Notes: generated by a model from the sequence alone, not told the origin. Shown: positions 1 to 9,116, counted from the stretch's first letter. The stretch is 64,000 nt of DNA from Christensenella sp. (GCA_034927595.1 JAYFPQ010000065.1:2994-66993); one strand, 5' to 3'. Numbers and translations are program-made.

Positions 1-1203
1 GTTCCGGGCAAGCACGCGGCGGATCTCGCGCAGAGCTGCCTGGATCGAAACATCAACGTCATGCTGTTTTCGGACAACGTGACCATCGAAGAGGAAAAAG
101 CGCTCAAAACCTACGCCTACGAACACGAGCTGCTCATGATGGGGCCGGACTGCGGAACGGCAATCATCAACCATGTGCCGCTCGCGTTTGCAAACGTGGT
201 TAAGAGTGGAGATATTGGCATTGTCGCGGCAAGCGGCACGGGCACACAGGAGGTTTCGAGCATCGTCGATCAGCTTGGCGGCGGCGTGAGCCAGGTCATC
301 GGCACCGGCGGACGCGACCTGAAGAAGGAAATCGGCGGGCTGATGATGAAACTCGGGCTCGACGCGCTGAAGAACGACCCGAAGACGAAGGTGATCGTGC
401 TCATCAGCAAGCCCCCGGCCAAGGAGATCGCAACCGAAATGCTCGGTCTCGCGGCTAAGACCGGCAAACCGACGGTCGTCTGCTTCATCGGCGGGGATCG
501 CAAAGAGGTGGAATCCTTTGGCCTCGTGGCGGCGGTTTCGCTGGAGGACGCGGCGCACAAAGCCGTTGCGCTCAGCCGCGGCGAGCGGGCGGAGGACTAC
601 GCCGGATTCGCCATGGGCGAAGCGCAGGCGGAAACGCTGGCAAAATCGATTGCGAAGAAAATGGCGAAGGGGCAGCAGTACGTGCGCGGGTTCTACACCG
701 GCGGAACGCTCTGCGACGAAGCCATGAAGCTCATGATCGGTTCGCTGGGGCACATCTACAGCAATATTCCGCTCAACGCGGAGGATAAACTGGAAGACGC
801 GAAGGGCGGCAAGAGCTACGCGCATACCTTCCTCGACTTTGGGGACGACGAGTTCACCGTCGGCCGTCCGCACCCGATGATCGACCCAAGCCTGCGCGCC
901 GAGCGCGTGGTGGCGGACGGCAACGACCCGGAGTGCGCAATGATCTTGACGGATTGTGTGATTGGCTACGGCTCGCACCCAAATCCAGCGGAGGATCTTG
1001 CGGAGTCTATTCGAACCGCGAAGGCAAACGCGGAGCGCGCGGGGCGGTATCTTTGCTGTATCTGCGCCGTCTGCGGAACGGAAGGCGACCCGCAGAGCCT
1101 GAGCCGCACGCAGAAGCAGCTGGAAGACGCGGGCGCGGTCGTTCTGCCGAGCAATGCACAGGCAACGCGCTTTGCACTCCGCGTGCTGGCGAATCTGCAG
1201 TAG
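1..1203 (+). CDS. fdrA: FdrA-like acyl-CoA synthetase (succinyl-CoA synthetase alpha-like), 5' partial
   Basis: Frame 1 is open from nt 1 (VPGKHAADLAQSCLDRNINVMLFSDNV...). It shows the FdrA-like blocks MGPDCGTAIIN, VAASGTGTQE, GTGGRDL, ISKPPA and FTVGRPHPMIDP. Confidence 0.85.
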   Translation, partial: VPGKHAADLAQSCLDRNINVMLFSDNVTIEEEKALKTYAYEHELLMMGPDCGTAIINHVPLAFANVVKSGDIGIVAASGTGTQEVSSIVDQLGGGVSQVIGTGGRDLKKEIGGLMMKLGLDALKNDPKTKVIVLISKPPAKEIATEMLGLAAKTGKPTVVCFIGGDRKEVESFGLVAAVSLEDAAHKAVALSRGERAEDYAGFAMGEAQAETLAKSIAKKMAKGQQYVRGFYTGGTLCDEAMKLMIGSLGHIYSNIPLNAEDKLEDAKGGKSYAHTFLDFGDDEFTVGRPHPMIDPSLRAERVVADGNDPECAMILTDCVIGYGSHPNPAEDLAESIRTAKANAERAGRYLCCICAVCGTEGDPQSLSRTQKQLEDAGAVVLPSNAQATRFALRVLANLQ

Positions 1204-1216
1204 GGAGGACGCGAAG

Positions 1217-2644
1217 ATGAGCAAGCTGAACGAACTGTTTACAACGTCCCTGCATGTGGTCAACTTTGGCATCGAGTCGTTTTACGACGACCTCGCGAGC
1301 CAGAAGGTGGACGCGGTACACGTGGACTGGAAGCCGGTTGCGGGCGGGGACAAAGCCGCCGCCGCGAACCTGCGAAAATTGCAGCAGCCGGACCTCGCGG
1401 CAAAGATTGACGCGGCCAATCAGGAAGCGCTGCGCCGAATTCTCGCGGCAAAGCCGACCATCGTCGGCCTCGGTATTGCGGGAGAGGTGATCCCCGGCAT
1501 GGCAAAAAAGACGATTCTGCACGCGGGACCGCCGGTTACCTGGGCACGGATGAGCGGGCCGCAGCGCGGCGCGGTCATGGGCGGGCTGATCTACGAAGGC
1601 CTCGCGAAAAACGTTTCGGAGGCGGAAGCGCTCGCCGCGAGCGGCGAGATCACGTTTGATCCCTGCCATATGCACGATACGGTCGGCCCAATGGCGGGCG
1701 TTGTGACCGCGAGCATGCCGGTATGGATTCTCGAGAACAAGGCCTTTGGTAACCGCGCATACTGCACGATTAACGAAGGCTTGGGCAAGGTATTGCGCTT
1801 TGGCGCGTACGACGACGAGGTGCTCACGCGCCTGCGCTGGATGGAACGCGAGCTCTACCCGATTCTCAAAGAAGCGCTCTCGATTCGCGGCGAGATTGAC
1901 ATTAAGGTCATCGTCGCAAAGCTGCTGCAGATGGGCGACGAGGGACACAACCGCAACGAGGCGGGAACGTCCCTGCTGATTCGCGAGCTGGTTCCGGCGA
2001 TTCTGCGCTGCGACAAAACGCAGGAGCAGAAGCTCGCGGCCTATAACTTCATCAACGGAAACAACCATACGTTCTTGAACATCTCCATGCCCGCGATGAA
2101 GTGCACGCTCGACCCGATCTTCGACATTCCCTATTGCACGGTAGTTGCAACCATGGCGCGCAACGGCACGGACTTTGGCATTCGCATTGCGGGGCTCGGC
2201 AAGAACCGCTGGTTCACGGGCGAGGCAGAGATGGTCAAAGGTCTGTACTTCCCCGGCTACGAGGAAAAGGACGCCGCGCGGGATATGGGCGACAGCTGCA
2301 TCACCGAGACGGCGGGCATTGGCGGGTTCTGCATGGCTGCGGCTCCGGCTATCGTCCAGTTCGTCGGCGGTCAGGTCAGCGACTCCATCAATTATTCCAC
2401 GCGCATGTACGAGATCACCGTTGGCGAAGGGCAGTCCTATAAGATTCCCGCGCTGGACTTCCGCGGCAGCGCGACGGGCATCGACATTCGAAAGGTCATT
2501 GAAACCGGCATCCGCCCCATCATCAACACGGGCATTGCGCACAAAGATCCCGGCGTTGGACAGGTTGGCGCGGGCATTGTGTATCCGCCCGAAGTGTGCT
2601 TCAAATCCGCTCTGGCAGCCTGCGCCGAAGCCTGGGCAAACTAA
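1217..2644 (+). CDS. DUF1116 (YlbE-like) protein, usual partner of FdrA
   Basis: GGGAGGA RBS lies 6 nt before the ATG at 1217 (MSKLNELF...). The N-terminal WKPVAGGDK...LRKLQ block is FdrA/YlbE-like. The first 21 codons of the tracked ORF overlap fdrA and are rejected. Confidence 0.8.
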   Translation: MSKLNELFTTSLHVVNFGIESFYDDLASQKVDAVHVDWKPVAGGDKAAAANLRKLQQPDLAAKIDAANQEALRRILAAKPTIVGLGIAGEVIPGMAKKTILHAGPPVTWARMSGPQRGAVMGGLIYEGLAKNVSEAEALAASGEITFDPCHMHDTVGPMAGVVTASMPVWILENKAFGNRAYCTINEGLGKVLRFGAYDDEVLTRLRWMERELYPILKEALSIRGEIDIKVIVAKLLQMGDEGHNRNEAGTSLLIRELVPAILRCDKTQEQKLAAYNFINGNNHTFLNISMPAMKCTLDPIFDIPYCTVVATMARNGTDFGIRIAGLGKNRWFTGEAEMVKGLYFPGYEEKDAARDMGDSCITETAGIGGFCMAAAPAIVQFVGGQVSDSINYSTRMYEITVGEGQSYKIPALDFRGSATGIDIRKVIETGIRPIINTGIAHKDPGVGQVGAGIVYPPEVCFKSALAACAEAWAN

Positions 2645-2709
2645 CGCGTAACCGCATCCCGAAAGGGAAGCTACCGATACCGAATACTTTTTTACAGGAG
2701 GCAAACACG

Positions 2710-3510
2710 ATGAGCAAATGGTCCGATATTAAGATGTACGACCTCACGATCCCGATTGGTATCTGCACGCCGGCATGGCCAACCTACGAACCGCTGCAGA
2801 TGAAGTTCTTCAAGCGCCTGACCCCGAACGGCGCAAACGGACAGCTCCTGACGCACAGCAACCACGTCGGCACGCACCTCGACGGCCCGCTGCACTTTGA
2901 TACCGCAGGCCGCGACATTGCGAGCATTGAGTTGACCCGCCTTTGCCGCCCCGGCGTCGTCGTAGACCTGAGCGATCAGGCGGAGGACTTCGGCATCTAC
3001 ACGCCGCAGGACATCGAAAAGCGCGTAACTGTCAAGGAAGGCGACGTGCTGATCATCAACACCGGCTATCATGTCTACGGCTGGGACAGCCCGACCGCGG
3101 ACGAGCGCCGCTACATGCTGCGCCATCCCGGCCCGTCGCTGGACTTTATTCAGTGGGTGCGCGATAAGAAGATCAGCTGGATCGGCGTGGACTGCGGCAG
3201 CGCGGATCACCCGATGAACACGAAGATTCGCGACTGGGAGCCGATGGAAGCGACCAAGTGCGATGCGGTCTTCCAGAAGAAGTATGGCAAGACGCTCAAC
3301 GAAGTGTACCCCTGGCCGGAACATTACCAGGCGATGCACATTGAGCTGTTCTGCAAACCCTACGAAGCGATTCACGCGGAGTGCCTCGGTGGTGAAATCG
3401 AGCAGCTCTCGAACAAGCGCTGCGTCATCGGCATCTTCCCGTGGAAGCTGGTCGAGGGCGAAAGCTGTATTTCGCGCGTCGTTGCGTTCGACGGGTTCGA
3501 TGATGTATAA
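2710..3510 (+). CDS. putative cyclase / kynurenine-formamidase-like metal hydrolase
   Basis: AGGAGG RBS precedes the ATG at 2710. The HxGTHxDxPxH motif is present (HVGTHLDGPLHF), as is a GVDCGSADHP block. Confidence 0.8.
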   Translation: MSKWSDIKMYDLTIPIGICTPAWPTYEPLQMKFFKRLTPNGANGQLLTHSNHVGTHLDGPLHFDTAGRDIASIELTRLCRPGVVVDLSDQAEDFGIYTPQDIEKRVTVKEGDVLIINTGYHVYGWDSPTADERRYMLRHPGPSLDFIQWVRDKKISWIGVDCGSADHPMNTKIRDWEPMEATKCDAVFQKKYGKTLNEVYPWPEHYQAMHIELFCKPYEAIHAECLGGEIEQLSNKRCVIGIFPWKLVEGESCISRVVAFDGFDDV

Positions 3511-3521
3511 TAGACTATCGA

Positions 3522-3560
3522 ATATATGGTCGGAGTGTAGACTACACTCCGACCATATAT
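3522..3560. repeat. perfect 19-bp inverted repeat (ATATATGGTCGGAGTGTAG-A-CTACACTCCGACCATATAT)
   Basis: Read directly from the sequence, just downstream of the cyclase stop codon. No U-tract follows it. Confidence 0.6.
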
Positions 3561-3586
3561 GGATCGGGATGAAATGAGGGTAACAG

Positions 3587-4129
3587 ATGGAGCAATTCCT
3601 CGCAATTCTGGTAGTTCTGGTGGTTGCCGCGGCGTTCTATGGAATTTCCTATCTGCGTAAAAAAAGACTCTATCCAACCTGCGATCAATTTGCGCGCCGC
3701 TATTGCGAAATTGCGGATCGCCTCCTGGCGGACGTCGACGAGCAAGTCAACCTACAGGTTGTCTCGCTGGACGGCGGGCTCTGCCAGCTAAAACCTCTGG
3801 AACAGCAGTCGAAAGCCGCACAGGCCGCATTACAAAAATCGGTTGACGACGCGATGCTTAGCGATCTTCGCGATTTGTTCTTCCTGCGGGATGAGATTCA
3901 GTCGCAGGCGAGCAACGGCAACTTTTCGAAGGACAAGTACAACGCAATTACCAATCAACTCTTCGATTCTCTGAACTTATATCTTTCTCTTCTTAACAAT
4001 CCAGCGCAGGTTCTTTCCACAAAAGATCTGGATCAGATTCACTATTTTCTGCAAAAACAAACACATATTCGAACGGTTTCGCTTCCAAGCATCGTCTCTC
4101 GCGCGTGCGCGGAAAGCCTTGCTGCTTAG
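3587..4129 (+). CDS. hypothetical N-terminally membrane-anchored protein
   Basis: 180-aa ORF with a weak RBS (TGAGGG) and one N-terminal hydrophobic helix (FLAILVVLVVAAAFYGISYL). I recognise no domain. The region is locally less GC-rich. Confidence 0.5.
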   Translation: MEQFLAILVVLVVAAAFYGISYLRKKRLYPTCDQFARRYCEIADRLLADVDEQVNLQVVSLDGGLCQLKPLEQQSKAAQAALQKSVDDAMLSDLRDLFFLRDEIQSQASNGNFSKDKYNAITNQLFDSLNLYLSLLNNPAQVLSTKDLDQIHYFLQKQTHIRTVSLPSIVSRACAESLAA

Positions 4130-4274
4130 TTCTCTTCAAGTTTTCTAAGCGAACATCGAACACACATGGGACCCAAACCCTCGGAATTCATGCTTGCTTT
4201 CGAAGCATGGATACAGTAGGATAACAGGAAGATAAACCCCATATGTTGTGTTCGTGCAATCAAAAAAGCGTTTG

Positions 4275-4352
4275 TAACGGTTATCCAGAGCGAAGGCTCT
4301 TGATAATAAAGAGAAATGGAGACCTAATTATCGAAAAACATTAGGAGGTAAT
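4275..4352 (+). promoter_or_regulatory. candidate PyrR-type binding hairpin plus RBS-sequestering hairpin in the uracil permease leader
   Basis: TTATCCAGAGCGAAGGCTCTTGATAA forms a hairpin containing UCCAGAG..AGGCU, which resembles the PyrR site core UCCAGAGAGGCU. Downstream, ACCTAAT...ATTAGGAGGT can pair across the AGGAGG RBS. Confidence 0.3.
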
Positions 4353-4355
4353 TCA

Positions 4356-5657
4356 ATGGAAAACAAAGTCGAAGGCATTTACGATGGCTTTAAAGAGCTT
4401 GGAACGGGCAAAATGCTTGTTCTGGGTCTCCAGCACGTATTTGCAATGTTTGGCGCCACAGTCCTTGTTCCGATCATTTGTGGCATGTCCATCTCCGTGA
4501 CCTTGTTCTGCGCTGGTATTGCTACGATCTGGTTCTTCTTTATCACGAAGAAAAAGATTCCGATTTTCCTCGGTTCCTCATTTGCGTTTATCGGCGCGAT
4601 TCTGGGCGCCGCGGGAACGCTCGGCATGCCGTATGCAACCGGCGGTATCGTTGCCGCGGGCGTAACGTACGTCATTTTTGCTCTTCTGTTCCTGGTCTTT
4701 GGAGCAAAGAGAATCATGAAACTGTTCCCGCCCGTTGTCACCGGCCCGATCATTATGTTAATCGGTCTCGGACTGGCATACTTCGCGTTCAACCAGGCTT
4801 CCAAGAACTGGTGGCTCGCAATTTTGACCATCATCATCGTGATCTCGGTCAACATGTGGGGCAAGGGCATGATCAAGATTCTGCCGGTTCTCGTCGGCAT
4901 TTTCGGCGCCTATGCAGTTGCATGCATCGTAACGCTCTTTGGGCCGGCATGGGTGGATTTCACCGGCCTGCAGGTCAAGAGCATTGCGGATGTCGTGTCC
5001 GTGCCTCCGTTCTTCCTCCCGAAGTTCGACTTCAGCACGATGCTTACCTTCATCGTGGTTGCGGTTGCTGCGTTGGTTGAGCACATCGGCGATATCTGTG
5101 CGATCGGCGCAACCTGCGGGAAGAACTTCATTGCCGACCCGGGCCTGACCCGTACGCTCCTTGGCGACGGTATTGGTACCTCTCTGGCCGGTATGCTGGG
5201 CGGACCGGCGAACACGACCTACTCCGAGAACACCGGCGTCGTCGCGCTGACGAAGGTTTACGATCCGAAAGTTATGTTTATCGCGGCTTGCTTTGCGATT
5301 ATCCTTTCGTTCGTGAGCATTTTCGAAGCGTTTGTCAATACGATTCCGGCAGCCATCATCGGCGGCATCTCCATCGTTCTCTACGGCATGATCACGGCGA
5401 CCGGCGTCCGCACCGTGATCGAGAACAAAGTCGACTTCAAGAACATGCGTAACGTTCTGGTTGCGGCGCTCATCCTCGTAACGGGCCTTGGCATTCAAAC
5501 CAGCTCGGCGATGGGTTCCGACTCCGCAAACCTGATCTGGGGCACCGTGAAAATTGGCACATTGAGCTTCTCCGGTCTGGCCACTGCGGCAATCGTCGGC
5601 ATCGTTATCAACGCGATTCTGCCCGGTAAGGACTATGTATTCAACGAGGAAGCTTAA
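4356..5657 (+). CDS. uraA: uracil permease (NCS2/UraA-PyrP family)
   Basis: AGGAGG RBS. Close motif match to UraA: LGLQHVFAMFGATVLVP, KIPIFLGSSFAF, PANTTYSENTGV. The protein is polytopic. Confidence 0.9.
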   Translation: MENKVEGIYDGFKELGTGKMLVLGLQHVFAMFGATVLVPIICGMSISVTLFCAGIATIWFFFITKKKIPIFLGSSFAFIGAILGAAGTLGMPYATGGIVAAGVTYVIFALLFLVFGAKRIMKLFPPVVTGPIIMLIGLGLAYFAFNQASKNWWLAILTIIIVISVNMWGKGMIKILPVLVGIFGAYAVACIVTLFGPAWVDFTGLQVKSIADVVSVPPFFLPKFDFSTMLTFIVVAVAALVEHIGDICAIGATCGKNFIADPGLTRTLLGDGIGTSLAGMLGGPANTTYSENTGVVALTKVYDPKVMFIAACFAIILSFVSIFEAFVNTIPAAIIGGISIVLYGMITATGVRTVIENKVDFKNMRNVLVAALILVTGLGIQTSSAMGSDSANLIWGTVKIGTLSFSGLATAAIVGIVINAILPGKDYVFNEEA

Positions 5658-5709
5658 CTGATTTTCGCTTGATTCCAGAACACCAAACACTCCATTTCTC
5701 GTTACAACG

Positions 5710-5740
5710 AGGACGGCGGATTCCGCCGTCCTCTTCGTTT
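5710..5740. terminator. intrinsic terminator hairpin between convergent genes
   Basis: GAGGACGGCGG-ATT-CCGCCGTCCTC followed by TTCGTTT. Confidence 0.6.
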
Positions 5741-5748
5741 ACCGAGTT

Positions 5749-5979
5749 TTATGATTGAGCAAGCTGTGCTTGCAGCCGCTCGATCTCCGCGGTCAGTGCT
5801 TGTATCCGTTCCACTTCGGTCAACACCGGCTCGCCGTTTCGCAGGAATACGCCGTCTGCGTATGTGTCCCCAATGGTGACCGGGCGGCCGTTCAGAGCGA
5901 TGCCCTCAATTCCGTCCGGCAGTGGGCCGACGATCACATTGGCGACAATTCCATTTTCGATCATCGCATAGTCGTTCAT
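5749..5979 (-). CDS. small phage tail-associated protein with a C-terminal coiled coil
   Basis: 76 aa (MNDYAMIENGIVANVIVGP...ERIQALTAEIERLQAQLAQS). Its AGGAGG RBS overlaps the stop of the upstream glycine-rich gene. The longer 222-aa tracked ORF is an out-of-frame overlap and is rejected. Confidence 0.6.
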   Translation of the reverse strand: MNDYAMIENGIVANVIVGPLPDGIEGIALNGRPVTIGDTYADGVFLRNGEPVLTEVERIQALTAEIERLQAQLAQS

Positions 5980-5989
5980 ACATTCCTCC

Positions 5990-6751
5990 TTATGCCGCGC
6001 GATGGTTGCGAATGACGCAGATGCCAGAGCCTCCACTGCAACCCCCAGAGTTACCGCCTGCACCACCTCCTGTATTGGCTGTGCCGCTGGTGGCACCTGC
6101 GCCTCCACCGCCAGCGCCTCCGGCGCCATTCCAACTGCCACCCCCACCAGCATATATAGCCCCAGAGGTCTCACCAAATTCTTTGGTTGTAGTGCCTTGG
6201 CCTGCGCCGCCAGCACCTTGACCGGCGCTACCATTGGAGCCACCCGCAGAAAGGTTATATCCGCCGCCGCCAGAGCCACCAGCACCACCAACACCGGGAG
6301 AGTTATAGTCGCCATAACCGCCGCCGTATCCACCCGCCGCTGAATAATTAAAACTAGTTGTGGTACCCCCGCGGGATCCAACGGAGTTGAACCCGTTCGT
6401 TGTACCACCCGAACCAACCATAATAGAATATGGGGTTCCTGCCGCTATTACTACGCCAGATACTGTGGTCGTATACCCACCGCCACCGCCTGCGCCATAG
6501 TTATACCCGCCGCCACCTCCGCCGCCGACCAAAAACAAGTCAATCGTGACCGAACGAGCCATCGTAAGCGTGCCGCTCGATAAAAACTTAATCCGCCAGT
6601 TCCTGTCGCCGTCATCGATCAGGGTATAGATACCCGTATACGTAAACGAAGGCAATCTACCCGTCGATGCTCCCCCGCCAATCCGGATAATTCCGGGGCA
6701 TTGGAACAGCAGCATTGTCAGCATGTAGTTGATCTTTCTCAGCATGTTCAT
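5990..6751 (-). CDS. glycine-rich domain protein (phage tail-fibre-associated type)
   Basis: VTIDLFLVGGGGGGGYNYGAGGGGGYT followed by long G/S/N/T-rich repeats. Its start codon shares one nucleotide with the upstream gene's stop (TGATG). Confidence 0.75.
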   Translation of the reverse strand: MNMLRKINYMLTMLLFQCPGIIRIGGGASTGRLPSFTYTGIYTLIDDGDRNWRIKFLSSGTLTMARSVTIDLFLVGGGGGGGYNYGAGGGGGYTTTVSGVVIAAGTPYSIMVGSGGTTNGFNSVGSRGGTTTSFNYSAAGGYGGGYGDYNSPGVGGAGGSGGGGYNLSAGGSNGSAGQGAGGAGQGTTTKEFGETSGAIYAGGGGSWNGAGGAGGGGAGATSGTANTGGGAGGNSGGCSGGSGICVIRNHRAA

Positions 6752-7695
6752 CAGTACAAATCCCCCCGAAGAATGATTCGTATGGGCACATCAATCGTTG
6801 GCGCACCGTCCTTTGCGCGGAGCGTAATGCTGCCTGCGCTTTGTCCGCCATCCAAGAGGTTTGCCGCCTGCAGGGCTTCGATTTCCGCGTCGGTTGCCGA
6901 AAGGCCGGGCAGTACTTCCCAGGCGGTGGCCGCCGTGACGGCTGCGAGCGCGGCGACGTCCGTCGCGGTCAGCGTATAGGTGTTGTTGGACCAGTTGCTC
7001 TGGCTGAGAGTTGCCGTTGCCAGCGTGGACTTTCCCGCCGCCAGAATGGAAGCGGGCGATACGGCGTCCTCGCCGTTTGCCGCGTGACGCGCCGCGTGCG
7101 TCAACGGCGCGCCTACGTTGCCCGCGACGACGGGGATTGTCGGCTTATTGCGGATGAACGCATCCTGCGTATCGTCCTGCTCGTTCCAGTCCGCCTGAAC
7201 GTTGAGTTCGCCAATGTCCGTGTCAACGCGCGCGGCGGCGGCGAGCGCGCTGGCAGCCGCTTCGTTTGCCACGCGAGCGGCCTCTACCAGCGGGGGATAG
7301 GCGGTGTTTGCGCGAATGATGTCCCCGCTGATGAGCGACTTGCGGCAGCGAAAATCGAAGCGTGTGCTCGTGATCAGCGTTTTAGCGTCCGTGCCGCTGT
7401 AGACCTGCACGTCCGCGCTGACGTTGCCCGCGCCATAGGCGGTGGGGTAGAGCGTCAGGTCGAACGTGCCCGCCTGCGCTGTTTTCTGAATTCCGCTGGT
7501 TTCATCCTGAATGGCAAAGCCGATGCTGGAGGCAAACGCAATCTGAATGTTGCAGCCGTCCAGCGCGACGGGGTCGCCGTCGTTGAGCAGCGTGACGTGC
7601 AGAACGTTGCCCGTGTCGCCTTCGACCACCTCAAATGGACGAAACGGAAGCGTTCGGATCATGTCGAGCGTAATGGAATAATCTTTTGTCTGCAT
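6751..7695 (-). CDS. BppU-like phage baseplate/tail-fibre protein
   Basis: GGGAGGG RBS before the ATG at 7695 (MQTKDYSITLD...). The N-terminal region is a BppU-like Ig-type domain. The tail-fibre signature QADWNEQDDTQDAFIRNKP is present. Confidence 0.75.
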   Translation of the reverse strand: MQTKDYSITLDMIRTLPFRPFEVVEGDTGNVLHVTLLNDGDPVALDGCNIQIAFASSIGFAIQDETSGIQKTAQAGTFDLTLYPTAYGAGNVSADVQVYSGTDAKTLITSTRFDFRCRKSLISGDIIRANTAYPPLVEAARVANEAAASALAAAARVDTDIGELNVQADWNEQDDTQDAFIRNKPTIPVVAGNVGAPLTHAARHAANGEDAVSPASILAAGKSTLATATLSQSNWSNNTYTLTATDVAALAAVTAATAWEVLPGLSATDAEIEALQAANLLDGGQSAGSITLRAKDGAPTIDVPIRIILRGDLY

Positions 7696-7807
7696 GATTC
7701 CCTCCCTGAAATCGATTTGGTTGTTTGGGGTACCCAACCGTATTATCTATTAAATCAGGGCGAAAAAATTACGATAATTTTGGATATCGCCATTCAACGG
7801 GAATCGC

Positions 7808-7845
7808 CAAAAACAAAACAAGCGCCGTGAAGAATGCGGCGCTCG
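7808..7845 (-). terminator. intrinsic terminator of the alcohol dehydrogenase gene
   Basis: On the minus strand: AGCGCCG-CATTCTTCA-CGGCGCT followed by TGTTTTGTTTTT. Confidence 0.6.
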
Positions 7846-7940
7846 CTTGTTCCGTACGACCAACGGAGGAGGGAAGGTATATTCGATTCGTGCCGACATG
7901 CCCCATTGCAGAAGACGGGTATGCCGACCAGACAGTGTGC

Positions 7941-9116
7941 TTAGAAATCGACCTCGGTGTCGTAGTAGCAGGCTTTCAGCAGGCGTTCCATCTCGGCGGG
8001 AGTGATGGGGCGCGGGTTGGAGCCGGTGCAGGCGTCGCCAACGGCGAGCTCGGCAACCTTGGGCAGCTTCTCGAGGAATTCCTGCGCGTTGATGATTCCG
8101 CCTTCGTAGTCGCGGATGCAGGTCGGGATTTCCAGCTTGGCGTTCAGTTCGCGAATGTGGCGAATCAGTGCCTTTGCGCTGGGCTCCAGATCGAGCCGCG
8201 CGGCGATCTCGGCATAGCGCTTTGCCGCTTCCGGGTTCTTGCTGTTAAACGCGATTACCTTCGGCAGGTACATTGCGTTTGCGCAGCCGTGGACAATATG
8301 CCCGCCGCTGTATGCCGCGCCGGTTTTGTGCGCCATGGAGTGGACAATGCCGAGCAGCGCGTTGGAAAACGCCATGCCCGCGAGGCACTGCGCGTTGTGC
8401 ATGCTGGCGCGTGCCTCCATATTGCCGTTGAACGAAGGTACCAGGAACTCGCTGACCATCTCAATGGCGTGCAGCGCAAGCGGGTCGGTATAGTCGCAAT
8501 GCAGGGTGGACACATACGCTTCGACTGCGTGGGTCATTGCGTCCATGCCGGTATGCGCGGTGAGCTTCTTCGGCATGGTTTCCGCGAGGTCGGGGTCGAC
8601 AATCGCGACGTCCGGCGTGATGTTGAAGTCCGACAGCGGGTACTTCACGCCCTTTGCGTAGTCCGTAATGACCGAGAACGCGGTCACCTCGGTCGCCGTG
8701 CCGGAGGTGGAGGGAATGGCGCAGAAGCGCGCTTTCGTGCGCAGCGTCGGGAAATTAAACGGAATGCAGAGCGACTCGAACGTCACGTCCGGATACTCGT
8801 AGAATGCCCACATGGCCTTTGCCGCGTCAATCGGCGATCCGCCGCCGATGGAGACGATCCAGTCCGGCTGAAAGCGGCGCATGGCTTCGGCGCCGCGCAG
8901 AACGGTTTCCACGGAGGGATCGGGCTCAACGCCTTCGAACAGCTCGACTTCCATACCCGCTTCATGCAAGTAAGCTTCGACCTTGTCGAGGAAACCGAAG
9001 CGCCGCATGGAACCGCCGCCGACAACGACGATTGCGCGTTTCCCGCGGAGCGTCTTGAGCGCTTCGAGCGAACCTTTGCCATGGTACAGATCTCTTGGTA
9101 ATGTAAAACGTGACAT
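7941..9116 (-). CDS. iron-containing (group III) alcohol dehydrogenase
   Basis: Motifs GGGSPIDAAKA, IPSTSGTATEVT, the metal-ligand histidines (HGCANA, HSMAH), and the C-terminal YYDTEVDF. Start placed at MSRFTLP, with GAGGAG about 10 nt upstream. Confidence 0.9.
   Translation of the reverse strand: MSRFTLPRDLYHGKGSLEALKTLRGKRAIVVVGGGSMRRFGFLDKVEAYLHEAGMEVELFEGVEPDPSVETVLRGAEAMRRFQPDWIVSIGGGSPIDAAKAMWAFYEYPDVTFESLCIPFNFPTLRTKARFCAIPSTSGTATEVTAFSVITDYAKGVKYPLSDFNITPDVAIVDPDLAETMPKKLTAHTGMDAMTHAVEAYVSTLHCDYTDPLALHAIEMVSEFLVPSFNGNMEARASMHNAQCLAGMAFSNALLGIVHSMAHKTGAAYSGGHIVHGCANAMYLPKVIAFNSKNPEAAKRYAEIAARLDLEPSAKALIRHIRELNAKLEIPTCIRDYEGGIINAQEFLEKLPKVAELAVGDACTGSNPRPITPAEMERLLKACYYDTEVDF

Noticed and set aside
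1007-2704. 565-aa ORF on the minus strand, antisense to the DUF1116 gene
   Set aside because: Its Arg/Ala/Gly/Pro-rich, low-complexity composition is typical of the antisense frame of high-GC genes. It has no RBS. The sense strand carries a recognisable conserved family.
5922-6221. Proline-rich 99-aa ORF on the plus strand, and the 222-aa minus-strand ORF 5749-6417
   Set aside because: These are mirror or alternate frames of the GGN-rich coding repeats of the glycine-rich tail-fibre gene. Only the last 76 codons of the 222-aa ORF, which have their own RBS, are kept as a gene.
5749-7695. Possible intact prophage
   Set aside because: Only three tail-fibre-type genes are present. No integrase, terminase, portal, capsid, tape-measure or lysis genes, and no att-like repeats, are visible in the flanks. 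I report it as an orphan module instead.
7725-9101. 458-aa plus-strand ORF overlapping the alcohol dehydrogenase gene
   Set aside because: It is antisense to a clearly recognisable Fe-ADH and has Arg/Gly/Ala-rich composition with no motifs. The same reasoning rejects eleven other long antisense ORFs. Plus strand: 6841-7830, 10170-11096, 11246-12559, 22264-23217, 36369-37235, 47775-48884. Minus strand: 4758-5690, 17251-18390, 33642-34523, 39762-40634, 58382-59251.
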